This document shows positions 19,521-32,300 of a DNA stretch of 64,000 nt, one piece after another (positions within the stretch are counted from its first letter, which is position 1; each line of letters starts with the position of its first letter). The translations under genes and the position numbers were made by a program. Source of the stretch: Elusimicrobiota bacterium (lineage in GTDB: Bacteria; Elusimicrobiota; UBA8919); the NCBI GenBank assembly GCA_028718185.1, contig JAQUMH010000002.1:4088-68087 (forward strand), given 5' to 3'. The notes beneath the pieces are model-generated. The model saw nothing but the letters and a program-made list of their open reading frames with translations, ran no database searches and was not told the origin of the DNA.

Positions 19521-20165
19521 TCAGACACCCGTAAAAAGAAGCCCTTGCAAAACTGATACTATTGACCACAAAAAATTAAGAAAACCAAACGAAAGTAAAA
19601 TAAATATTATAATAATTCCATATCTTTCAAGTTGGTTATATTTATAAGCAATATGTGAAGGTAAAAACGCCGAAAGTATTCTTGAACCGTCTAATGGCGG
19701 TATCGGAATAAGATTGAAAACAGCGAGCACTAAATTTATCTGAACATTAATGTATAAAAGTTTTATAATTAAATTATTAACCGATGAATAGGGGTCAGCA
19801 CCTGTAATCTTGAAAAGCCAGATAATCAAAGCGGATAATATTGCCATTGCAAAATTTGAGCCCGGACCCGCAAGTCCGACTTTCGCCATATCTTTTACCG
19901 GATTATTAAGACGGTAATAATCTATCGGAACCGGTTTAGCCCATCCGATTAAAATTGGCGCATGAATAAGAATCAATAGCAACGGAAGTATTATTGTTCC
20001 CATCATATCAATGTGCGGGATAGGATTAAGAGTAAGACGCCCTTGCATTTTTGCAGTATCATCACCGTTTAAGTATGCAACCCAGCCATGACAACACTCA
20101 TGAACAACAACCGCAAAAAACAAAAGCGGTATAGCAAGAATTAAATCAACATTAGAAATATTCAT
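19521..20165 (-). CDS. site-2 protease family (M50) membrane metalloprotease
   Basis: HECCHGWVAY (HExxH within TM1) plus multiple TM helices. 214 aa. Confidence 0.6.
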   Translation of the reverse strand: MNISNVDLILAIPLLFFAVVVHECCHGWVAYLNGDDTAKMQGRLTLNPIPHIDMMGTIILPLLLILIHAPILIGWAKPVPIDYYRLNNPVKDMAKVGLAGPGSNFAMAILSALIIWLFKITGADPYSSVNNLIIKLLYINVQINLVLAVFNLIPIPPLDGSRILSAFLPSHIAYKYNQLERYGIIIIFILLSFGFLNFLWSIVSVLQGLLFTGV

Positions 20166-20203
20166 ATTTTTATATTATATTCATCTGTTAGAAAATGTCA
20201 ATA

Positions 20204-20256
20204 AAAAAATCCTCAATGTAGCAGTCGCATTACTATGCGACTTTAGTGAGGATTTC
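20204..20256 (-). terminator. stem-loop plus T-run downstream of the giant gene
   Basis: aatcctca...gtcgcattactatgcgac...tgaggatt. The minus-strand reading is followed by ttttttt. Confidence 0.45.
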
Positions 20257-20397
20257 TTATTAATATCACAGTTCTAATATTTTATGCTAAACGAAACCTT
20301 GCGGATTTAGTGTATGCTTTCATTTTACCACTTAAGTTAACCAAGCTAACTCCTCTAAGACCCTAAGACTTTATAATTCTGGACTTCGAACACCTTT

Positions 20398-23300
20398 TCA
20401 TTTTATCAGTCCTACCTTCCCGGTCTTCTTCCTGCCTGTAGCGTCTCTTATCTGATAAATATATACTCCTCTGGCTACTTTGTCTCCATCGTCATTCTTG
20501 CCATCCCACTCAAGCCAGCCAAGATTACCAAAGTCTGCCTCTTTGAGTTCCCTTGCCAATTCACCGGATACAGTGTATATCTTCATTTCACTGTTTATAG
20601 GCAGGTTTATTACCTTTAACTTACCACCTACCGCCATGTTAGGTTTATATGGGTTAGGATATACTTTCACATTACTCAGGTCTGTCGCAAGATAACTGCC
20701 CAATATACGATATGTTGTGAATCGTTTCACATTCGCTGTTATTGTCTTGTTTAGCTTGTCTACTATATGTACTCCAGGCACCAATTCCCACTCCCTACCG
20801 TTCCATGAATATATCCTTAATCCTTCTTCCTTTAATTCACCTATATCCACTAACGTGTATGGGATTGTTATGCTTATCGGCTTTGTAAATATATCTTCTT
20901 CCAATACCGATGTCTTATTTGTAAATGACAATCTTCCAAAATCATAACTTATGGGTTTCACGGTATCTACATATCTCGCTGCGTTTCTTACTACCGCCGG
21001 CGTCTTTGTCTTTATCACTGCCAAATTCCTGGTTTCTGTCAATACGTTTTCGCTCACTATTATCTTTAGTTTGTTTACTCCTTTTATCATTCCGCCATTG
21101 TTTCCTATTGGTTTTGCAAGATACATATCGTTGATATTTGTCAGGGTAGGCAACATGCTGTCTCCGGTAACTGATACTGTCTCTATTTCACTATTGAATG
21201 GTATTGATATCTCCCTTTCTCCTGTATCTTCTTTTGTCAGTATTGCGTCTGCAACGTTCAATATACCGGTTTTTGAGTTCTTTGTTGATAGTGTTAGTGT
21301 CCCGCTGTAATCCGTTGTGGGGTTATTGTCATTTGTATTGTATACTTGTGCTTTGAATTTCAAGCTTGATACTGTTATAGCTGGGTCTAATGACGCTGTA
21401 TCTAATGTCGGTCCGTCTTCGTAGTAATATGACTTTAAGGTGTTACTGTACTTTATAATAGGTTTTGGTGGTGTAGCGAGTCCTGTTACTGTCTCAAGAC
21501 GAACATCATCTATGTAATATGTATCGCCTGCAGTCGCATATGGCGTAAACCAGAACCGGAAACGTCCATCGGTTACCGGAGCTGTAAAGCCTGTGGTGAT
21601 AAATTCGGTAGTAAATGTCTGCCAGCTTGTGCCAAGGTTCGCTGTGTAATTCAAACCGTAGTCTGTGTATGGGGTCCCATGCTTTAACAAGTGTACTGTT
21701 ACGGCATGTCTGGTTGGCGAATAGGCTGTAAATATCAATCTATATCTGGTATTAGGGTTAAGGCAAATTCCTGTCTGGTATAATTGGATGTTACCATTGG
21801 CAGCGGTTATTGTACATTTGGCGGATTTGGCTCCTTCAAAACCTGGTGTTGTGCTAATAAATGTGCCTCCGCCACCTGCATAATATGCCCAGGAATCTGT
21901 ACCTGATTCAAAGCCGGCATTTATAACATGATTTGTGCCGGAAGAAGTGCTTAGTGTGCTGAACGTATAATTTTCGCTTGTTGCTATATTGCCGGAACCA
22001 TCTTTACTTGTTACATGGTAATAATATGTAGTACCTAACGTTAAGCCGGTTATGTTAACGCTATGGCTTGTTACTTTTGTTGTATCTGATGTCGTTGAAA
22101 TACCATATAGTGTTGTTGTACTGTACTCTACCTGTGAATCGCTTGGTTCATTGGTGAGCCAATTTATTACTGCGGAATTCCAGGTTATATTGCTGGATGT
22201 AACGCTCGTTATTATGGGCGGGGTTGTATCAGGTGGGACTGTTTCAAGGTGTATATCGTCTACGTAATACACATCACCTGCTGCTGCATATGGGGCATAC
22301 CACAACATTAAACGGGCATCAGTAACAACAGACGAAAATCCGGTTGTTACAAATTCGGTGGAATATGTCTGCCAGCTTGTGGTCAGGTTCGCCAAATAAT
22401 TATCCAAACCATAATTGGTATATGGGGTGCCGTGTTTGAACACGCGCACTGTCATATCATGTCCTGTATTGGAATAGGCTGTAAATGTTAATTTATATCT
22501 GGTATTCGGATTAAGGCAAATTCCTGTCTGGTATAACTGGATGTTACCGGTGGATTTGGTTATTGTACATCTGGCGGACTTGCTACCTTCAAAACCGGGT
22601 GATGTGGTAACAAACGAGCCTGCTTCTTCGGTATAAAAAGCCCAGGATGTTGTGCCTGATTCAAAACTATGATTACTTATGAAATTTATGTCGCTTGTAA
22701 ACGTATTGTCTTCGCTTGTTGAAAAATTACCTGATTCATCTCTGCTGCTTACCCTGTAATGATATACTGTACCAGGCATTAATCCTGTTATATTAGCACT
22801 GTGATTTGTTAACTTAACTGTACTTAACACTGTTGAGTTTCCATATGATGTTGTTAGTCCGTACTCCACCTGCGAATCGCTTGGTTCATTGGTTATCCAA
22901 TTTACTAATGCGGAATTCCAGGTTATATCGCAGGATGTAACGCTCACTATTATTGGCGGGGTTGTATCAGGTGGAACTGTCTCAAGATGTACATCGTCTA
23001 CGTAATACACATCTCCTGCTACTGCATATGGCGCATACCAGAACATTAAACGGGCATCAGTAACTACAGACGAAAATCCGGTTGTTACAAATTCGGTGGA
23101 AAATGTTTGCCAGGTTGTGGTCAGGTTCGCCAAATAATTACTTAATCCGTAGTTGGTATATGGGGTGCCGTGCTTGAACACGTGCAATGTCATATCACGG
23201 CCTGTATTGGAATATGCTGTAAATGTTAATCTATATCTGGTATTCGGATTAAGAACGATATCTTTTTGGTATAACTGGAGGTTACCGGTGGATTTGATTA

Positions 23301-26300
23301 TTGTACATCTGGCAGACTTGCTACCATCAAAACCAGGTGATGTGGTAACAAACGAGCCTGCTTCTTCCGTATAAAATGTCCAGGATGATGTGCCTAATTC
23401 AAAACTATGATTACTTATGAAATTTATGTCGCTTGTAAACGAATTATCTTCACTTGTTGCAAGATTACCTGCTGTATCTTTACTCTTTACCCTATAATGA
23501 TATACCGTACCTGATGTTAATCCGGTTATATTAACGCTATGATTTGTTACCTTAACTGTATCTAACACTGATGAGTTACCATATGATGTCGTTAGTCCGT
23601 ACTCCACCTGTGAATCACTTGGTTCATTGGTTAACCAATTTATTACTGCGGAATTCCAAGTTATATCGCTGGATGCAACATTCGTCATTATCGGCGGGGT
23701 TGTATCACTCATCACTTCAAACTCTGTTGTTGCAGATGAAGCATTACCTGCTAAATCAATAATATTTACTTTGCAAGTGTATGTACCGGAAGAAACATTT
23801 TGCCCAATTGTATTTTTGCCATCCCACTCACAACTATAATTTCCAGCAGGTACAGCCAAATTACTTATAAGGGCTCTTGTTAGTACATCATTATTGTAAA
23901 TTTCAACATTTATTACCGATTCTTTAGATAGAACAAATGAAATTTCTGATTTAATCCTTGCACCATCTGGTGATATTACTGCAGCAGATACCGATAAATT
24001 AGTTATCTGTGGTAAAGTGGTATCTCTTGTTATTGATGTTATTTTTGATTTAGGGCTATCAAACGGAATATTATTAAACCACCTCGTCGTTTTTGCAAAT
24101 ATTGGATTTGCTCCTTCTGAAAGCGAAATTTCTGCTGAAAATCTGCCATTACTATCTGCTTTTACTGTCTTCAAACTAGCACCGTCATTATATACTGTTA
24201 CATCTGCAACAGCTTCTACTACGCCTGTAATTGTTATATATTGCTGGTTTGTTATTGTTGATATATTTGCGTCAAATTCAGGTATTGGCACTTGTGGGAT
24301 TATTAAATACTGCGAAAATCCTACTACTTCACAACTTACTTCAAAAATATCGTTCTTCCCTGATGCATCTTTTTTCCACCCTAAACTTGTTAGTGTTGTT
24401 GGTTTTACTTTGCCATTACTGTCGACATGATATGCAGTGAGTTTTCCTATATCTACATTTGTAACTTCTTCAGGTAAAAATCGCACTGTTAAAACAGCAG
24501 GAGCAACTAATTTACCATTTCCATCTTTATTAAATTGTATATCTTTTGGTTCCATATCAAATAACGCACCAAGAGGCAGAGGCATACCTGTATCAACAAT
24601 AATATCTGTATCTGACAATTTTACTGGTGTTATGCTTACAGTGGTTGGTTGTAATAATGAATCAGTGTAAAATTCTAAATATGCTTTGTTCCATGGTGCT
24701 GATACATATTTATGTTCGCCAGGAAATACTTGTTTACCAACATATACTGTTTGCTCTATTTCTTTTACACCATTACCGGCAAATACATATAACTTTATTT
24801 TGTACTCTCCATTAAGTCCTGATACATCCCAAAATGATAGTGTATTATTTGAAACAGGTTGAGTGGATATTACCGGTATGGTTTTCAATATTGTATCGCC
24901 TGTCTTTTGATAGAACATTGAATATCCCTTAAAATCACTCCCAAACGCACTACCTTTTATCTCAACAAATCTTTTTGGTGCCGCTTCATCTGTTGATATT
25001 TTTACGGTAAAGTCGTCATTAATATCATTACTATCTGTGTTTGATGCTTTGGTAAGTTTCTTATCCACTACCAAATCATTACACATAGTGCCGTCTGGAT
25101 ATTGCAATTTTATGTCCCATTGTTTTTGAGTATCATAATTATCTGCATCAATCCACACATAAGGATTGTCTATAGTAGTTCCATTTTGTTTCCAAAAAGT
25201 ATATTTGTTTTTAATTTCATCGGGGTTATTCATATTTACCAAAGGATATGCTGCAGAAATCGTTATTGGTCTATATCGGTCAGCAACTGTTGGTTCAAAA
25301 GGTCCTTCTATTACAAAATCTGCTTGAAGATTATTACCACTATTATTAAATTCATTATTTTTACTAATGATCTTATGTTCTGGCAATCCTTGGTCATCTG
25401 TTGTCATATCCCATGATTCTTTCTCGTTGGTTGTCGCTTTTAATTCTAAAAGACCTCTTTCTTCTACTATTGTTTTAAGGACTTTAGGATTTGTTTGAGT
25501 CACAAATGTATAAGGAGATGATGACGGAATATAGTCATACGGTATTCTTATTTCTTCAATTGAATTGTAAGTATCGTGCCCATTATAACAAGTATTATTT
25601 ACAGTTACTGAAGGTTCGTAATTTGCATTTATTTTTACTTCACGTAAAACAGGAGTTTTACTTCCATCATTTGTAGATAAAGTTGCTTTCCATCTGATGT
25701 ATTTTCTTGGTGTTGAGTAAATTGGCTGACCAGGGGTTGCTGTTCTTTCAGATTCCCAACTATATCCATCATCACTCGTTTGAGTCGTATAAGTGATATT
25801 CGTTCCTGAAGGTTTGTATTCAGATACCTCAAAATTTCTCCAAGACGATGGTGCTGTTTTACAATCGTGTGCTTGAGAAATAAGTGTTCCAACTAAACCA
25901 AAATTCTGAGTGACATTGTATATTACTGGAGTTGTTTGTAAATCACGAGTAGCAAAATCTGCCCTCCATTTAAAATACCGTTTCTGACCAAGTGATGGCA
26001 CTACTCCATTTTCCACTATTGGGGCGGCTTCCCAGTTAATATTTTCTCCAGAACTATTGTAGCTTGCAATCCTATATGTTATGTGAGCCCCTCCTAAATA
26101 ACCTACATTATTTTCATCACTCGTTTGAAATAAGTTCCAAATTGGTGAATAAGAATATGTATCATGTTCTTGTGAAATAAACACACCTGTATTTTCATAT
26201 CGTTTTTGGTATCCCTCTATACTATTAAGAAATAAATATGCACCATGATTTGAATTGTGGGGCTGCACAAGGATCTTAAAATATGGTGCATAAAATGGTG

Positions 26301-29300
26301 TGGGAACTTCTTCATCAAATGAAATATTTATACTAGAACCATGAGAAACTACCTGACTCCAATACTTGTAAGTTGTCCATGGGCCATTTGAACTATTGCC
26401 GTATTGCAAGTAGATATTAGCACCACAATTATTTCCATCTTTATGCCATACAGCAACACTTCCTACTACCCGTAATCTATAAAATTTATAATGCCATGGA
26501 TATATAGGTGGTACACCTTGAGGAGGTCCTGAACGACCACAAACAAACGCCCAAGTGTTTCCATACCCAGCCCATGCAGGCCAGACAAGAGTACTATCAT
26601 TTCTATCATTTGCATTTGTCCAAGATGAACTAGGAGCAAGCGGATAATTACCCGAAATATCATCGTATTGTTCATGTATTGCATCCACAACATATTGACT
26701 AAACTGAACTTTATTATCAGCAATTATAAGAGTAGGTGTTTTTTGCCCATTATAAAAAGTAGAAATATCATCATATTTTTTGGTACATATCTTAACATTA
26801 CCCGACTCTGAATTTAGGTCAATATTACTTATGCCTCCTTGTCCAAAATCTTGTTGTGATGTTTGTATCCACGACTGTGCAGCATGTGTTTGCACAGTAG
26901 CAGAAAATGATTGCGGTGAATAATATTCCCCCTTTTTTACAGTTGCGGACCAGTTGAAATTAGAAGACCCTTGATTAACTGAATATGGTGCTGGTGAAGT
27001 AATTTCTGCTAACCCACTTCCTGGTCCTCCAATAACTGCAATTGAAACTGACGCGGAACCTTTTGTCTGGTCATCTACTGCAATAACATCTATCTTGCAA
27101 GTATATAACCCTTCTACAATACTACTCCAGACTGTTGTATACTCTGTCAACCCAGATGTAAATTCATTATCAACCATCTTTACAAGATTACCTACTGTAT
27201 CATAAATAGTAATATATACTGTAGCTGCTTTTGTCAGTTCATATGTAATTTGGACTGGTTCATTTAACAAGACATCTGATTTGTCTGATTCAAATTTTGT
27301 AATCTTTAGTGGTTCTGTTATGGTTACATTTACATTTACACTAACAGATTTCTTATCCATCCCGAGACCGTCTATATCTACTGCTGTTAATTGTATCCTG
27401 TAAATCCCATTTTGCACATACTGTTTTCTAAAATCCTTACCATCCCACTGTATTGTTTCACCAGCAGTTTTATTAAAATATTCTGAATGTAAAATTACCG
27501 GACCAAATGTGTTGACATCAACCATCTTAAAAATATCCAGTACCACATTTGACTTTTTGCCGGTATTCTGCATTAAAGTATATGAGATATTCAATTTATC
27601 ATTTATTGTGGTTATATTAAACACCTGGTCAGAAATAGGTGCTGTGATATTAAGTATCGGCTTGTCAGTTTCTGGAATTGTATTGTCCACTTTTACCGAT
27701 ACTGTTATTGCACTGTAGTTTGATGGCATAGCACTATCCTGTGCAACCAATAAAATTGTATAGGTACCATTTGGTAAAGATGATACATCCCAATACGCTA
27801 ATGTTGAATTTAGTATTGCTCTGTATGATGCATTAGAATTTGGATAATTTACATCATTTGGACTTTGATTTGACACAGGTACTGGTATCGATTTCCATAC
27901 ATTCATATCTGGACTTATGTAATTGTCTGGTGTCGCATTACTATAAGTAGCATACCATACTTTGTAACACAAAAAGTCAATATTATCATTTACTACTGGA
28001 TCTATTGCTATACCAACTATTTCTACTTGATTACCAACTATGCCATTAAATACTGGTGACACTATTTGGGCAGGTATCTGATTTTTTATTACATTTACCG
28101 TCTCTTCTGCTTTATTTCCTACTTCATCTGTTGTCTTTATTTTTATAACATAACTTCCATCACTTGCAAAACTGTTATCTTGTTTCTTTCCATCCCATGT
28201 ATAGGAATATAACACATCTTTTTGTTTTACCTCGGATATTGGACTTCGGACTATCTGTCCTAATATATCTTCAACAGCTACCTCTACTGTTGCATTATCA
28301 CTTATCTTATAATATGCTGTTACAGTATCATTTTTAAGTTCTGGATTAAATATTTGTATATTTGTGTAAAGTGTGGTTACAAATGACGGTGTTCTATCTA
28401 TCTTAAATGTTTGCAATATTGGAATCGTATTGCCTATATTTCCAGATTCATCTGTTGCTTTTAATCCTAATGTATACTCTCCATCAGACGCAGTATTCCC
28501 CAACGCATCTGTCCCATCCCAAGCATATAGAAGATTTTGTGTTATATTCGGTGTAACTACAAAATCTGTTACTTTTGTAAACAATCTTGTTCCTGATGTA
28601 AAAGTAAAACTCACCTTTGCTGATGGTGAAAATCTATCAAATATATCAAATGATATATCTACACTTTTATCATTTTTAGTAAAAATATTATGGGAATAAG
28701 CACCAGGATTTATATATATACTGCCATTTGATACCTGTGGTGGTGTTATGTCTACAATTATATCGCCTTCATATACCTTTAAGTTCTCTGCCTCATCAAC
28801 TGCTGTTATTTTACATTTGTAAATCCCTTCTGCTACTACTACCCCATTGGTATTTTTACCATCCCATATATCTAAATTTGCCCCTATATTCTTTGAAATA
28901 CTATCAATAAGTGTTCTTACTAAATTATTCTGTAAGTCATATATTTTTATTGTTGTTTTAATCACTGTTGAGAAATTATCCGATAAAGTATAATCTATCG
29001 TTGTTGCCTCTTTTATTCCATCACCATTAGGTGAGAATGCAAGACAGGAATAACTCGTTATATCTGGTGGAGTTATATCGTATCTCAACGTAACTGTTGC
29101 ATTTTTAGTGTAGTCAGTATTTCCAGCATTATCTTTAAGCCAGATATATAATATATTATTCCCTTCAACAACAGAGAAATTGGAAGTAAATGTTTGAGTA
29201 TTAGGAATATAATTTGCAGGTTCCGTATTTAACTTATAATATGCTCCTGCTATTCCTGATAAATCAGAAGGAGTTGACCATGATATGGTAAATTGTGTCT

Positions 29301-32300
29301 GGTTTGTCCAACCGGATGGTGAAACAGATAAAGATTGTGGTTTATCTGGCGGGGTCGTATCTACTATTATTCCATCACTGCTAACCGGGGTCTCGGAACC
29401 AGCTCCATTTTTCGCTTTCACTGTAAAATAATAAATACCGTCATCTAAAGGTGAATCAAATGTCCTAGTTATATTACTAAGTGTTCCTGTTGATGTTAAA
29501 GCGATAATATTATACCATCCAGTATTCGGATATTGTGATGTTCCTATTGCATATTGATATTCCACAATTCCAGAGATATCCTCGGTAAAACTCCAATTAC
29601 AAGAAAGTTGTGTGTTATTGTTTGTATATAACCCATCATTAATTGATACACACATTGGCGAAGTTGTATCAATCATTACACTGCCTCCTGTTAGCCATGC
29701 ACTCCATCTACCTGCCCCATTTTGAGCACGAACTTTTGCAAAATATGATTGACCATGAATAAGACCATCTACAGTATAATTTGTTTGACTATTTGGAACA
29801 TCTGCTTGTGCTATTAGGCTATCTGTGATGCTATTATAAATTGCAATATTAAAATTAGATATACCACTTTCCATATCGGTAGCAAAATCGCCTTCCCATG
29901 TAAATGTTACTGTTGTAGAAGAGGAATAGGCACCTCCTGCAAATCTTGGTGCCTTTGCAGGACCACTAGGCATTTCTGGGTCTGTTGTATCAAGATAAAT
30001 TTCATCCTTTATTTCTACTATAGAAATATTTCCTGCTTTATCTTTATATCTCGCCCATACCGTTTTATTACCTGCTCCTGCTGTCAACCACCAAGGAGAA
30101 TAAATATGTGTATACTCAATCCAATCTCCAATAAAAATTATTCCATCATAAGAAAACTGCATCCAACCAACTTCACTATTATCTGAAACTGTGGAATACA
30201 AACTAACTTGCTGACTACCTGTAAAATTTTCTAACGGTGCAAATGTATCTCTAATAAGTAAACTTCCAATCGGTGGGGTAACATCAATCATAAACTCTTT
30301 ACCAATAGTTGGTGTAACATTTGTAGCAATATTCTCTCCAATATCTTTTCCACTTATGGTAACGGAAACCATTCCTTCAACACCAGGACCAGAAACAATA
30401 TTTACTTCACCTTTATACACATTCCCTGATACAAGTATGGTTGCTACTTCTGTTTTATCATTCACAGTACCAGGAGCATCTATACTGAATGTTGGGTTGG
30501 CAGATAATTGTTCACTTGCAGTTATTTTTAGATAAATTGTTTGTGCTTTAGTTATTGGCTTTCCTGTATAAGTTGCTAATGGTTGTGTAAGATTTGAATC
30601 TGCAAAATATTCTACTGTGAAATTTGGTGGTATCATTGCTATTAAAGAGTAATCTAAATTATTAGCAAAAGCGTCTGTATTGCTTGGTATAACAATAACT
30701 TTGGAACAAGTTGTATCAAAATTGGAAATGGATACGGTATTACCAGTTTTATTTAAATCATTTTGTTCTTCTATAGTGCCATCCATTTTAACTTTCAACA
30801 CTTTGCCACCCCATAATGGTGTAACTACTGATGAATCAAAATTAAGGAGAAGCGTTTGTGGAGTTGGTTTATCAGGTGCTGGACGAAATTCAAAATAGTG
30901 ACTTGCAAGATGCATAACAGTATTAACTCCTGATGGGTATTGGTATTTAGCAGAAGTATCTAAAACTGTTATCTTCGGATAAGAATTACCTTCAATATAA
31001 TATTTAGAAGCATCATAATTCCAAACAGTAAATGTCTTAAATTCATTAGATAAACTTGTTCCATGACCTGATATTAATTCGCTATCAATTGCCGACAAAG
31101 AATCGGTAGTTTTACATATATCCCAAATCTGGCGAATTATATCTTTCTCATTAAATCTCTCGGAAAAATATTTTGCAAAAATACAGGAACCGTATTCATT
31201 CCAATCATTTATATAATCCAATGATTGAGTAGAATTTGCAAACCAAGATGGCTTTCCAGCAAATCCTTTAAGATATTGTAAATAGTCATTTACATTAGGA
31301 TAAATTTCATCTTCCATCCAGACAGATGTAGCTTCATTCCACCAATAATTATCATCTCTTGGATTATAACTACATTTAACAGCATGAAAAAACTCATGGG
31401 CGGAGGTAATCTGCATAGCATCTGTACCATGTGTATAAAATTTATCACCAATATAATCATTGTCTACCTGAATTATAGAACCTAAAATTGGATGTTTATA
31501 TGCAGTGCTTCCATATGCGCCATTTCCTAAATTTAAAATATAAACAGGTAATTTATTTTCAATTACAAAATATTCTGATGGTGGAGATTCATAACCATAT
31601 GAACCAGGTTTCACTATTTGGTTCCAACTATATTCAAAATACTGTCCAAAATTATATACATAATCGGGAATACCATTGTGTGATTGCCAACCTGCTGAAT
31701 TGACCTGATTAACATCAGGATTTGAAATTGTATATGCTCTAAAATGAAACTTAAAATTAGTGGTTTTATAAACGCCGTAAGTGTAATATACATCTTTTAT
31801 ATTGCTAACATTACCAGCAACATCCCACACTTGTATCATTATATGATTTATTCCTTGGCGAAGATTAATATTATCAAACGATTTAGTATCATTTGTGCCA
31901 TTTACGTATTGTTCTTTTGCTGGTCCTATTTCTGGTATTACCACTATTTTTTCCAATTGAATCGTATCTGACACAGTAACATTTATTGTTATTGTTTCAT
32001 TTTCTCCTTGATTTTGGTCAGGAGGATTAAATGAGACCACGGTAGGTTTAGTTTCATCAAGTATAATGGAAGTGGAAACAAAGGATGATATATTACCTGC
32101 ATAATCTTTAACTCTAAAATATATTGTTTTTGCACCTTCGCCAGTAGAATTAATATAATAAGATTTTGATATAGAATAATCTTCCCAAGTTGATGGCCAA
32201 TTATTAGAATCCTCAGTAAATTGCATTTTCGCCACACCGGAAGTTGCATCACTTGCTAATAACGCTAATGTAATAATTCTATTATTAGTAAATCCCGTAC